A DNA stretch of 64,000 nt from a bacterium. GTDB taxonomy: Bacteria > Patescibacteriota > Saccharimonadia > UBA4664. This document shows, one piece after another, positions 1-10,507 of this stretch. The stretch covers positions 8,727 to 72,726 of the forward strand of contig CP064960.1 in the NCBI GenBank assembly GCA_016699105.1. Reading direction: 5' to 3'. The first letter of the stretch is position 1, and each line of letters begins with the position of its first letter. Under the pieces are notes generated by a model. That model was not told where the DNA came from and did no database searches. It saw nothing but the letters and a program-made list of their open reading frames with translations. Position numbers and translations under genes: made by a program.

Positions 1-142
1 ATCATGAGGATTTCAAACTGATATGGCAAGGTGGCGAGGGCAGCCGCGAGTACTTGGTGAAGTTCTGGTAAGCCGGCTGCCTCATTGTGACACGGTACGA
101 TGATGGTGATGAGTGGCTGGCTGGCCATTGATACTGGCTTAC

Positions 143-1435
143 TCATAGCACTCGTTTTCCCCACCAACCCGTAATCAGTGTGGATATTAATAGGACTATA
201 CTCCCGGCGAGTAGACCGTTGACAATATCAGAGATTGACTGGTGATGCCTTAAGAGCCAGCCCATGATGACCACAAGTCCCACGACAGCTGCTGGTGCCG
301 CCCAGATGCGTCGCAGCGCGACCTGATAGAGTAGAAGTAAGTTTGCCAACGAGAGAATAAAAATTGCCAAGCTGAGCGTGGGTAGCAAATGGGCTACTTC
401 AATATAGCGTGGGCCAACCAGTAGGCTCGTCACCCAACCTGGCCACAACACGAACAGCCCCAATGCGCCGCCACCGAGTAGCATCAAGAGGAACACTGAA
501 CGCTGGAGCAAGTCTCGATTGGCGGCAGCTGGACCCAGCGGTATAACTGAAGCCACCAGTACGCCCGTCAGTGGTCCCGTCAGAAAGAAAATGATGCGTG
601 CAACGGTGGCAATACCAGCGTACAAACCGGCTTCAACGGGTTCAAAGTAGTGCTTTGCAAAGAGAATATCGAGCGATAGTATGGTGTTGACTGCCAAAGA
701 AGTCAGTAGCACCAGCCCGGCATACCGGAGCTCCGGTCGGATGAGACTGACGTCGGGACGACGGAGCACTAGATATTGGCGAAAGCTGTTTTGACGGCCT
801 AGGCGCCGAGCTACTACCGTACTATATATCAAGCTGAGAATCTGAGATGCCACCACCCCCATTACTGCGCCGACGGCGCGCAATCCGACTAGTACGAAGG
901 CAGCCGAAAACATTAACTTCGAACCCGCACCCAGTATGTTGGCAGTTGAGAGCTGAGTAAACCGTTGATGAGCCTGAATGTAGGCTCCGGCAAAGGCGCC
1001 AGGCACTCCCAATAACACCGAGAATGCCAACAAGAGAAATGGCCACGGAGACGTAAAATTCAGTAGTCCTTGCAGCCAGGTGCTGGCGATTGCCATAGCA
1101 ACGCAGAATATTAATCCGATCCAGAGTGCGATACGCTCGATCTCTGCCAATAGTGGTGCTTGGTCCGTGGGCTGCGGATACCGTTTGACAACGTTTATGG
1201 TCACAAGGCTCAAGACTGATAATAAGACGCCAGTTTGTAGAAAAAAAGAAATAATAGCCTGAACTTCGCCAAAATCAGCTGGCGATAGGAGGCGGCCAAG
1301 CACCGGATAGTATAGATAGTTTAGGAATGATACAACCGTCGATCCGATGAAGAAGATGGCATTCTGCCGCAAAAAAGGGCTCTGAGCAATAGACCGCGCA
1401 ATAGATATCACGCGTCTGATTATATCAGATATCAC
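143..1435 (-). CDS. Polysaccharide/oligosaccharide flippase-like membrane protein (MOP superfamily, Wzx/MurJ-like)
   Basis: 430-aa ORF, about 12-14 predicted TM helices, composition and length typical of Wzx/MOP exporters; no sharper motif recognised. Confidence 0.45.
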   Translation of the reverse strand: MISDIIRRVISIARSIAQSPFLRQNAIFFIGSTVVSFLNYLYYPVLGRLLSPADFGEVQAIISFFLQTGVLLSVLSLVTINVVKRYPQPTDQAPLLAEIERIALWIGLIFCVAMAIASTWLQGLLNFTSPWPFLLLAFSVLLGVPGAFAGAYIQAHQRFTQLSTANILGAGSKLMFSAAFVLVGLRAVGAVMGVVASQILSLIYSTVVARRLGRQNSFRQYLVLRRPDVSLIRPELRYAGLVLLTSLAVNTILSLDILFAKHYFEPVEAGLYAGIATVARIIFFLTGPLTGVLVASVIPLGPAAANRDLLQRSVFLLMLLGGGALGLFVLWPGWVTSLLVGPRYIEVAHLLPTLSLAIFILSLANLLLLYQVALRRIWAAPAAVVGLVVIMGWLLRHHQSISDIVNGLLAGSIVLLISTLITGWWGKRVL

Positions 1436-1618
1436 TTAGGCTTATGAATGCTCAGTGGACTATTGTTATATTTGTCGGACAATGGTATAGTTTCGCCCAA
1501 GCCGCCGGATCTGTCCGGCAGGTTCGTTCATTGCAACATTGCATTCTTAGCTGTCGATCCCGAGGAGGCGGTCGTGCACCAAACAGTTGCCTCCCGCCAC
1601 CACTGGGCGCTGAGAATC

Positions 1619-2755
1619 ATGCTCATACTCGCTGACTTGCGACTCATTGGTTTTATTGAGATCACTTATCTATTCAAGCTGGGCTTCAAACCCAGCCAGA
1701 TCGGTCTGATTTCTGCCCTACCCCTCGCCACACATTTATTGGCCAACATTCCGGTAGGCTGGTGGAGCGACCGTTTTCATCGACACCGGCGCCTAGCCAT
1801 TACGGGCGGCCTCGGCTGTCTAACCATCTGTTTGGCCGGCTTCGGCTGGCTGTCTGATCCGGTTTTCTGGATGGCGGCCAGTTTGACAGCACTTCGCGGC
1901 GTCGGCTTCGCACTCTATTACAGCACAAGTGAAGCGTTTACTCTGCTGCACTATGGAGCATGGGAGAACTCAGCCGCCGAAGCCCAAATAGAACGATCCC
2001 GGTCGTGGGGCTATGCCATGACAATCCAGTGCATAGGCGTGGCCGGAATCTTCACCGTACTCACACTGGCACCCCAGACGGCCTTGCGCAAATTCTACTT
2101 CATCCAAGCAACTGCTCTGCTGATTGCCACAATGGCATCATTGCGTTTGCCTAAGTCCGTTACGTTGTCACGACGCAGCCATCAAAGCGCTTGGCACATG
2201 CTCCGTAATCTGGGTGATGGGTGGTGGTACGTCGGGTACTCGATAGCGACCCTAGCCTTTACCAACTGCATGGTGGCTATTACCCAGCTACAGTTGACTC
2301 TGCTAGGCCAGACACCACTTGATCTACTGCGTTTTTCAATTGGGTTTTACTGCGCCGCGGCCTTGGCTGCCTTCTATATACGCCCCATCGAACGCACGCT
2401 GGGCGCGGCTGGCGCGGTTGTCCTATCCACGATGCTATGCGTAGCTGTTGTCGCTTGGTTTGGTTTGGCTAGCCCGCATTTTGTTCAGTATGGTAGTTTT
2501 GTTTTTGGCCTGCTGTTCGGAATTCGAAATGGTATCGATAAAACCCGGATGATGCAACTGAGTCGTTGGCCAGCACTGTTGATGTCAATTCAGGTAGCGG
2601 CCTCTATGGGCCTAGCTAGTTTCATGATTGCAGTTAGTGGCCGCATCGCTGAGACTTATGGCATCCATTGGGTACTCGTGCTGGTGGCAATCACTATTGT
2701 CCTACCGGCCGTTTTATGCGGCTGGCACGCCCGGCATACTTCGAGAGGATGGTAA
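1619..2755 (+). CDS. MFS-type transporter
   Basis: Multi-TM ORF with MFS-like loop between TM2 and TM3 (GWWSDRFHRHRRLAITGGLG). ORF-track start at 1448 reads through a leader; first plausible ATG at 1619. Confidence 0.45.
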   Translation: MLILADLRLIGFIEITYLFKLGFKPSQIGLISALPLATHLLANIPVGWWSDRFHRHRRLAITGGLGCLTICLAGFGWLSDPVFWMAASLTALRGVGFALYYSTSEAFTLLHYGAWENSAAEAQIERSRSWGYAMTIQCIGVAGIFTVLTLAPQTALRKFYFIQATALLIATMASLRLPKSVTLSRRSHQSAWHMLRNLGDGWWYVGYSIATLAFTNCMVAITQLQLTLLGQTPLDLLRFSIGFYCAAALAAFYIRPIERTLGAAGAVVLSTMLCVAVVAWFGLASPHFVQYGSFVFGLLFGIRNGIDKTRMMQLSRWPALLMSIQVAASMGLASFMIAVSGRIAETYGIHWVLVLVAITIVLPAVLCGWHARHTSRGW

Positions 2756-2887
2756 CGATGGTGATCCCAGCTGTTATTCAAAACCCACTACCCGCAGGCG
2801 CTGGCTACTTGTCCGCCGCCAGCACGACTTGGCAACCATTTGCTGACCGCAATCGCTGTTTGAGATTCGCGAAACGAAGGGAACGTT

Positions 2888-3346
2888 ATGATGACAACGA
2901 CGTCTGGCGATTTGATGGTAACTGATACGGAACAGTATTTTCGAGGTGAAGAACGATCCTTTGCCGGTGCCAGCGTGCATCTAACTGTGACGCACTTTGA
3001 TCTATCGGCACTCGCTCGAGTCAAGCTGTATGCTCGATATGTCACCAATCCTGAGATGACGGCCTGCCTGGAAGCCCTCCAGCAGCTTGCTGCGTACGAT
3101 CTTGTCGTAGAAATGATCGAGTTTTATGCTCAGCATGTCGTCCCTCCCGAGATGACAGCCTGCCTGGAGGCCCTCCAGCAGCTTGCTGCGTACCATCATG
3201 CATCGGCAATGAAGAAACTCGAGAATACTCAGTCGTCATTCATCACGATGGCTGAGTCTGCCGCCCGGATTGACGCTGGCGAAATCAGTGTGGCTGAAGC
3301 TATGATCGCGTTTCACGCCGCCCGCATCTTTGCCGGTGCCGTCTGA
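2888..3346 (+). CDS. Hypothetical protein with internal 32-aa tandem duplication
   Basis: 152-aa ORF. 48-nt segment cctgagatgacggcctgcctgga...gctgcgtac at 3050-3097 repeated at 3146-3193 (PEMTACLEALQQLAAY twice, in frame). Confidence 0.35.
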   Translation: MMTTTSGDLMVTDTEQYFRGEERSFAGASVHLTVTHFDLSALARVKLYARYVTNPEMTACLEALQQLAAYDLVVEMIEFYAQHVVPPEMTACLEALQQLAAYHHASAMKKLENTQSSFITMAESAARIDAGEISVAEAMIAFHAARIFAGAV

Positions 3347-3374
3347 CACGCTCTAGCTTCCGTCGAAGTTCTCC

Positions 3375-3415
3375 GCCCCGTGGATTCTACCTCATATTGG
3401 TAGCGTCCACGGGGC
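3375..3415 (+). terminator. Stem-loop downstream of 2888..3346 (10-bp perfect stem gccccgtgga/tccacggggc, 21-nt loop)
   Basis: Perfect inverted repeat read directly; followed by ttctctattgctc (weak U tract). Confidence 0.4.
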
Positions 3416-3478
3416 TTCTCTATTGCTCAAATGGATGCAATATGGTATGTTAGGCGAGTCCTTGGCTCGAGTTTCGTC

Positions 3479-3580
3479 GCTTTTCGCTCACCTGCGAGGT
3501 CCCATACTTTGTATGTAATCTCTTGCCTCGAAAAGCTCAAATGCAAGCATTTGGCTTTTCGCTCACCTGCGAGGTCCCAT
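3479..3580 (+). repeat. 27-bp direct repeat (gcttttcgctcacctgcgaggtcccat) at 3479-3505 and 3554-3580; second copy is tRNA-Glu leader plus first 8 nt of the tRNA
   Basis: Exact duplicate read in sequence; 48-nt spacer. Confidence 0.8.
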
Positions 3581-3647
3581 CGTCTAACGGTTAGGACAAC
3601 GGATTTTCATTCCGTCAACCGGGGTTCGACTCCCCGTGGGACTACCA
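3573..3647 (+). tRNA. tRNA-Glu (anticodon TTC)
   Basis: Cloverleaf. Acceptor ggtccca/tgggact, D arm tcgtctaacggttaggac, anticodon stem acgga/tccgt with loop ttTTCat, T arm cgggg-ttcgact-ccccg, discriminator a, encoded CCA. Confidence 0.85.
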
Positions 3648-3724
3648 TTTGATCCTGATTCAAATTTGCTAACGCAAAGATGCCATTCACTCCTGGAAAC
3701 AGGGTGTTTTTGGTGTTCCACACT

Positions 3725-5303
3725 TTATTTCGTCAACGGTCGGCAATTGCTCGAAAATAAGGCTGAAAAGTTGGGCCTTTTGACCGGGTCTATCTGTTGG
3801 AGTATCACTTCATCCAGGTGTTCCACGAAATATTTAACCCTCCCCATTACCCGGCCAAATTCGCTGGGTTTTTCGGCTTCTTTCTTGGCCTTTTCGTCGG
3901 TCAATGCGGTGATTTGTTGTTCAATTCTCACAAGGTCTTCCTCCATAAATTTAAGTGCGGTTGGTGAATCCAGGATGCGAATTTTGGCGACGGTCGAGGC
4001 CGCGTCGGCTTTGAGCTGCGTGATGCGATCTTCGATGCCCTGAAGCTCTTGGAGCTGGCTTTGGTTACGCAGATGCCACTCGGCCGAGACCGCCGCCATA
4101 ACGGCGCCGAGGTGGTCAGTAGAGACCGTAAGATTGCGGGTGAAGGCCGCGATAGTGTCCTCAAGCTCTTGCTTGGGAATACGGTAGTAGTGACCGTGAT
4201 GACTGCAATGATAGGCCGGATATTGTTTGCCGGATTTGCCGCGCGACGAGCTAGCAGTGAGTGGATTCTTGCACTGCGGACAGAGCACGAACTTCTTAAA
4301 CGGAAATTCTGATGAGCGCGTACCTTTGTTGATGAGGTGCTCGGGCGGGCGCTTGGCGTGAACGGCGATTTCGCCGCTGGGGCTTTCGATGATAACGCGC
4401 TTGCCCCGGTTGGCGCGGTTGAATAGGTCGATGGAAACGAGGCCGTTAAACACACAACGAATCGGTTTGTTGTCGGTCCACTTTTCGGAGTTGATGCCGG
4501 CGTAAATCGGGTTGCGTAGGAGCTTGTGCATGGCCTTAACGGTGAGCTGTTTGCCGCCGCTGTTGGCGATTACCTTGGAACGGTCGTCTTCATCGCGGAC
4601 GACGAACCCTAGTACGGAAGCCCATGCCATTGAGTCTCTCAACAATCTCATCATCGTGGAGATTGCCTTTGGCATTGAGTTCGAACATCTGGATAACGAA
4701 TTTTGACTCAACCGGGTGGGGTTTGAGAATGCAGCGTTTGCCCTGCTTGGTTTCAACCTTTTCGCTCACATAACCAAAGGGCGGGCGACGCATCCAATAG
4801 CCCATTTGGGTGTAGCGAATTTCGGCGCCAATAATGCGACTCATTATGTCGCGGAGTTCGTCTTTGGCCCGCTCGGCTTCGAGGATTTCCGACTTCTTGC
4901 TCGGCGAGTATTTGCTCCACTTGTATTCAAAGCCCAGGTGGTCGAGTGTGTTTACCTCTTCCCCACTGATGACACCGTAAATATCCACGAGTTTTACTTT
5001 GCAGTGATCGAGCTGGGCCGTCAGCTCACCGTAGGCATGCGAGCCGCCGCGCGTGAAACGGTCGATGGACTTGATGATAAATAGCTGGATGTCGTTCTTG
5101 GGGTTTTTGCAGTAATCAATGGCGGGCTGAACCGGCTGCTGATCCTTTGATGCAGATTCTAGGAATACAAAGAATTGCTTGATGGAAATGCCCCGCGCGG
5201 CGGCGTAGCGTTCAATCTGCTCTTTTTGAGCTTCGGGAGAATCACCGTCCCGGCCCTGCTTTTCGGTCGAAACGCGAATGGCGGCAACGGCGTTCTTGCT
5301 CAT
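3725..5303 (-). CDS. Large serine recombinase (resolvase catalytic domain + recombinase domain + zinc ribbon / coiled coil), frameshifted around 4590-4756
   Basis: N-part AVAAIRVSTEKQ resolvase motif with catalytic Ser (ORF 4590..5477, likely start ATG 5303). C-part with CPQCKNPL...HCSHHGH zinc ribbon and coiled coil in ORF 3725..4756. Confidence 0.7.
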
Positions 5304-5517
5304 TGCTTCGCCCGTTCTTCGGTGATGATGTCGAGGATGATATTTGCTAGCAAGCTCACCCGCTCCTCGGCGGATAAGTTCAAGGCTGCCGATGGTTTCT
5401 CTTTGTTCGTTGCACCCTTCGTTCGCGCCACCCTCATGCCCTCGATTACATACCCAACCCAAAAGAAGCCTCAGCAAATATCTGCGAAGCCTAACACTCG
5501 GCTAAACGAACGAGCTG

Positions 5518-5724
5518 TTATTCCTTGGCTTTGGTCGGATTACCGGGCCGCGTGCGGCTCGCTAAATCCTTCTCGATAAGGACTTTCAGCTCAGGGTCGG
5601 TACCGGCCAGAAGTTGCAGCACAAACTCGGTAAGGCTCAAACCTTTACCATAGGCGACGGCCTTGGCGCGGTTGAGAACTTCGGTGCTGGCATTGATTTG
5701 GAATCGTGGTCGAACTGATGACAT
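5518..5724 (-). CDS. Small ribbon-helix-helix (CopG/Arc-like) DNA-binding protein
   Basis: 68 aa with RHH-like pattern; positioned next to the recombinase. Confidence 0.35.
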   Translation of the reverse strand: MSSVRPRFQINASTEVLNRAKAVAYGKGLSLTEFVLQLLAGTDPELKVLIEKDLASRTRPGNPTKAKE

Positions 5725-5909
5725 GCGGTTATTGTACTACGAGTACTACAATGCGGCGCTTTTTCGTGGTTTAGCCGAATTGTTAAGGCTCGTGTCTATC
5801 TGTATTTAATGTACTACTAATACTACATTAATGCAACACTAGCCTATGGATTGGAGTTTGGTATAGATACGTTTTTCGTGGTATCCCAGCATTCCGTAAG
5901 GATTTCTTT

Positions 5910-6242
5910 TTAGAAGGCATACTTATTCACGTCCACACAATTTGGTTCCTGCTGAAGTGCCATTGCAAACTGCCACTGCCCGTTTACCTTTGCGTAATAA
6001 TAACCGGCCCCGGTTTGGCAGCCCTGGCCGACCGCAGCGAATTGGTCGCGAATAACTTTTGAGATACTGAAAGAAGCGTCTGCCCCGGTAGCCGCGCATC
6101 CGGCATATACTTTGTCGTATTCACCCTTAATATAGGTCTGGAAGTCGGCGGGCGCAGATGAAAGACCCAAGATATGCTCGTACTTGTCCTCAGTCTGAGC
6201 CGCCGACAGCGTGAAACCGCCCCGCATCGTCAGTGCGCCCAC
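5910..6242 (-). CDS. Hypothetical protein, possibly C-terminal continuation of 6272..7177
   Basis: 110-aa ORF 30 nt downstream of the previous gene, same strand. Confidence 0.25.
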   Translation of the reverse strand: MGALTMRGGFTLSAAQTEDKYEHILGLSSAPADFQTYIKGEYDKVYAGCAATGADASFSISKVIRDQFAAVGQGCQTGAGYYYAKVNGQWQFAMALQQEPNCVDVNKYAF

Positions 6243-6271
6243 GGGCGTTCCGATTTGACCATATTTTGACT

Positions 6272-7177
6272 TTACAGCACCGTCTTTGAGTCAACGAAAT
6301 CAATCTCGAATTCGTGCTGGTATATAAGCGTCTGGCTGTCAAACTGAGCAACATATTCATCTGAGCTGAATGTTGGTACCGGAATTGTACTCGGCGCAAC
6401 ATTCTGGCCAATCTTGTCCCCAGGATATGAGAGGATATTCGCCTGGTTTGATGCCTGGTTGATGAAATAGAATGTGTTGCTCGACTGGCTGAAAGAGACG
6501 TAGCCAGATGATTGTACCAAGCCGGGTGCGGAAAACTCGGATAATGTTTTGACGTTACTGCCGTCGGCGTTCATTATCATCGGGTGTTCTGAAACGCCAT
6601 TGTTTTGGCCGGGTGTGTTTTGCGTGTACGCCCAATAAACAACACGCCCATCCGCGAGCTCGGCCGGGTGTTGGCTTTCGTTAGTTTTGGTGAGCTGAGC
6701 GAGAGTATCTGTTGCTAGTGTATAGCGGAAGATTTGTCGGTCGGGTGATTGGTACACCGGCTGAGGCATAATTATCGTCAAGAGAACACTCTTACCATCA
6801 TGAGACCAGGCGTTGCTCCCATCAGGCCATGAGGGGCCGTTTGCTGTAGCCCCGGTAGGCAGCTTAATCTCTTTTGTAACCTTAAGGTATTTATTCAATA
6901 TCCACAGCGAATTTTGCGTGTTGTCCTTACTCGCTACGGCAAGGAACTGGCTGCCGTCTGGGCTCGGAATCATTGTTTGGATTACTTTGCCATCGGTTGT
7001 TGGCAAGTCATATCGAACTCGGCTTCCAGCCTGATTGATACAGACGAGCTTTGAGAGCCGTACAAAGCAGTAATTAGGCGGGAACTGTTTACTGGCTTTT
7101 GACGCCAGTTGGGAACTCACATCAGATTGTTGAGGGCGCTGCTGAAGGTAGGTGGCGTAGCCGGCAACCGCGACCAT
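6272..7177 (-). CDS. Membrane-anchored beta-propeller protein (TolB/PD40-like repeats)
   Basis: N-terminal hydrophobic anchor; SPDGSQ..., WSHDGKS..., ADGRVVYW repeats reminiscent of PD40 blades. Confidence 0.35.
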   Translation of the reverse strand: MVAVAGYATYLQQRPQQSDVSSQLASKASKQFPPNYCFVRLSKLVCINQAGSRVRYDLPTTDGKVIQTMIPSPDGSQFLAVASKDNTQNSLWILNKYLKVTKEIKLPTGATANGPSWPDGSNAWSHDGKSVLLTIIMPQPVYQSPDRQIFRYTLATDTLAQLTKTNESQHPAELADGRVVYWAYTQNTPGQNNGVSEHPMIMNADGSNVKTLSEFSAPGLVQSSGYVSFSQSSNTFYFINQASNQANILSYPGDKIGQNVAPSTIPVPTFSSDEYVAQFDSQTLIYQHEFEIDFVDSKTVL

Positions 7178-7371
7178 AACAAGCGCGAGAATCGATGTTA
7201 GTACTAGAGTACGCCGCCTCGATCTATTTGGCTTAGGTGTTCATCTGACGCAATATGGCTAGTACTGCCGGTTAATTTATCGGCTTCGACAGTCTGTGAT
7301 GGTTTGTGTTCTTGTTTCATTTTGTAAGATTGTTGGTTTAATCTTAAGCGGATTTATGTTGATTGCAAAGC

Positions 7372-8336
7372 TTATTCGGCCCAACTCGTGACGTCGAAAT
7401 ACACATCATAATTACGGCCAGTTTTTGGATCACTAAATTCTTGGTAGTCATAGATGCGCGCGCCATGTGCCTCACGCGAGTCTAGGCCCGGCACGAGCCG
7501 ATTTTGCGACATTTCACTGATGCGGCTTATCATAAATTCCTTTTCCTGCTCGTCGTGCGTATGAATAGCACTTCTAACGTTGTTATGGGTAGTTAATAGC
7601 TCTTTCAGGCCCTCCTCAAGTAGACTGGCGATTTTGGCTTCGATATTTACTGCGATGGTCGAATGGCTGTGGGCTGCCACATGATTATTCCCGAAAGTCG
7701 CCTTTACCCGCTTTGAAACTCCAAAGTACCAGAGCCAGGCCAACCCCAAACAGTTGTGCGCCCGCCCTGGTCGTAACCAGAGCCTGTAAAGTTACTACCC
7801 AACGCCTGTTGTCCGAGTGAGTAATCTGTAACTCCAGCAATTGCCATCAATGCTAGATAGACCATGATGAACTGTGGTGTGCGCGGGTGTCGCTTATGAA
7901 TCATAACGATAGCGACAATTGTTAAAACCGCTTCAATGAACGAGGAGACCACATCGTAATTCCATAACCAAGTGATCCCGGCTGTATCGTAGGTATCGTA
8001 TTGAGTTAGCCTCGTAAATAAAACAAAAACGAGAATGGCGGCAGTGATATATAGACCTAGCACAAAGTAGGCTAACCAACCCTCTATGCCATTAAGCGAA
8101 GTTTTGTCGCCGCGCTTCTTATCGGTGAAAAATCGTAGTATTCCGATTGGTAACCAAATAATTCCAACTACACCGGCAATAAAAACAATGGTATTGCCAA
8201 TGGTCTGGCCCGCACCGCCCGTAGCCCCCCTGACGCAGTTGCGACGGCATTAATTATGGCAAAGCCAATAATTGCGCCAAGTAACAGGAGCAGTGGGAGC
8301 ACGATATGATCGCTACGTCGCCGAATGATTACTGGC
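7372..8336 (-). CDS. Integral membrane protein, split by about 2 frameshifts
   Basis: Three consecutive minus-strand pieces (8336-8226, 8063-7704, 7749-7372) read as one hydrophobic protein. One break at a C6 homopolymer (about 8222-8227). Confidence 0.4.
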
Positions 8337-8356
8337 ATATATTCCTGAGGGTTTCT

Positions 8357-8857
8357 TTAAGCTAAATATAGCTTACTTGTGGGGAAAGTAGCGATAGGCA
8401 GTCGGTTTTTGAATGAGCGCCGGGTCCCAACCCTTTTCTTTGGCGAGCTGTCTATCTCCTCGAATTGCTCAAGATGAAACTTCAGCGCGGCTTCTCGATA
8501 AAAATCTATTCTTGGTTTGAAGTATTTATACAACCTCTGGGCACGCTCCATGTGCTGAGTCGCGCCGTCATCCCAAACATAATATAAATCTTCAGCAGCT
8601 TCGTTTGTGAGTGGGTATCCAAATTCGTCCTTCTGATGCCCGTCATGGGTTATCGGTCCCCAATCAGGCATTTCAGGAACGACTGGAGCCGGACGTTTCA
8701 AAGTAGTAATGACGCCGACTTCAACAAATGGAATATCAGTTTCGGTCTCATACGGCACAAGGTCGAAGCAGCGATACTCGCCCTTCATGTCCCATTCATC
8801 GACGCCGATAGCGACGAGGCTGCGCTGAGAGAGTAGATAATCTGATTGGATTAGCAT
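8357..8857 (-). CDS. Hypothetical protein
   Basis: 166-aa ORF, no motif recognised. Confidence 0.3.
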   Translation of the reverse strand: MLIQSDYLLSQRSLVAIGVDEWDMKGEYRCFDLVPYETETDIPFVEVGVITTLKRPAPVVPEMPDWGPITHDGHQKDEFGYPLTNEAAEDLYYVWDDGATQHMERAQRLYKYFKPRIDFYREAALKFHLEQFEEIDSSPKKRVGTRRSFKNRLPIATFPTSKLYLA

Positions 8858-9033
8858 CGAGATTCATCCCGTTATTGTTTAGCGCCGTCACGCTGTTTTG
8901 ATATTGCTGTCGGGAGATTGATAATCGGCTGGAGTTCGAACGGTCGGTGTGGTCCAAATCGGCAAACTGAATTTTGCGGAGCTTTGTCATCACACCCTCT
9001 TCCCCCCTATCACGCCGTCGAGGAAGATAAACG

Positions 9034-9477
9034 CTAGGCCCATGTATCGGCTCTGCTCCTCGGCCTTGTACCCTTCATAAAGACGACCAGATCGAGATAG
9101 CCATCCTCAACGGGTCTTGAGCTGAAATACACATCCGATGCCGCCATTTCGAGGCCTTCATACTGTGCTGTCTCAATTTCAATAGCCGGCTTAAACGCGG
9201 TTATTTTCCAGCCCGGTATTTTTGGGGCAACGGCAACAATGGCGTGCACCCGTGGCATATCTCTTCTGACGCCGTCGCACGAAATGAATAGCTCGCGCTT
9301 GTTGTCCTCAAATGGGCCAATCAAGAAGCTCAGAAGTGGGTCGGTCTTTCCGAGTTGTTTTGCTAGTTGGCTAACAAGCTTATCTTGATTGGTTTCGAGT
9401 CGAAGATATTCCTTGAATGCTCGCTGAACCATTTCCAGAAATCTGCGTAGGATAATTTTTTTCGAGAATATGCCCAT
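9034..9477 (-). CDS. Hypothetical protein
   Basis: 147-aa ORF, no motif recognised. Confidence 0.3.
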   Translation of the reverse strand: MGIFSKKIILRRFLEMVQRAFKEYLRLETNQDKLVSQLAKQLGKTDPLLSFLIGPFEDNKRELFISCDGVRRDMPRVHAIVAVAPKIPGWKITAFKPAIEIETAQYEGLEMAASDVYFSSRPVEDGYLDLVVFMKGTRPRSRADTWA

Positions 9478-9776
9478 TTGATATCAGTATACGGTATCCG
9501 GTACGAAGTAGATGAACGAATAATAAGTTATTCGCCGCTAATAAACTTAATTGATTATTTTATATCTGTTGAATGTATTTTTGTTTCCTCTTTTACTATA
9601 TAAATATAGAGAAGAAATACTATACCTTGTGACCCCTATGAACTACCCCCTACTACACTTTCTAACTCCTAAACTAACTCCACCTCTATGCCTGAACCAC
9701 ATTACCGAAAACATTAAATGAAGACCAGCTAGAAGTACTCAAACGCTTACGTGATTTTCGATTTGGAACCAGTGAT

Positions 9777-10507
9777 TTGATTGCTCAGTTATTTGGTAAG
9801 TCGAGTGGCGTATTTGTTTTTAAGCGATTGAAGATTTTGCGAGAACGCGGATTGATCGGACAGCGGTTTGATAGTAGCTATCGCATCAAGGGCAAACCTG
9901 CGGCCTACTACCTCTTACCAGCTGGGGCGCGGGCGCTCCAGGATCACTACGACGCTACCGGCCTCGACGTCAAAGTAAACGTAAAGAGCATCTACAAGGA
10001 TGGGTCGGTTTCAGAAACATTTATCGAGCATTGCCTGGATATCTTTGCCGTATTCAATTTGCTGAAATCCCGGCACGGCAAGCGGGTGAAGTTCTTTCAA
10101 AAGCGAAACTCGCGTACTATGACTATCTCCCCGACCCGCTACCCGACGCGTATCTGAGGTTTAAGGTCGAAGAAGACGAAAAACAATTCTTTATTGAGGT
10201 CTTGCATGACGCCCAGTTGTTCTTTGCGGCTGTGCGCCGGATTAAGCACCTCTTGTCCTACGAGGAGGGTGGGGATTGGTCGTCCACCAATACAGCAATT
10301 CCGTCGGTTTTGCTCATCTGTGATAGCGCCAAGTTGCAGCGGCAAATTCACAAGAAGACTTCGCGCATGATTGGCGAGGCGGATGAGATGTATTTTTATA
10401 CCACCACGATGGACGAGTTACGGCAGTTGAAGCGTGGCAAGAAGGATGTGATTTGGCGGGACGTGACCGATCCGGAGGACGCGATGGCGTTGAGTGATTT
10501 GGAATAA
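9777..10507 (+). CDS. Replication-relaxation family-like wHTH protein (plasmid-type), frameshift near 10031-10157
   Basis: N-terminus ...EVLKRLRDFRFGTSDLIAQLFG resembles the replication-relaxation wHTH. Two overlapping frames (9777..10157 and 10031..10507); AT-rich upstream region 9480-9780. Confidence 0.35.

Noticed and set aside
1448-1618. ORF-track start of the MFS transporter at 1448
   Set aside because: The first 57 codons (MLSGLLLYLSDNGIVSPKPPDLSGRF...) are not transporter-like and overlap the upstream gene's promoter region. ATG 1619 is preferred.
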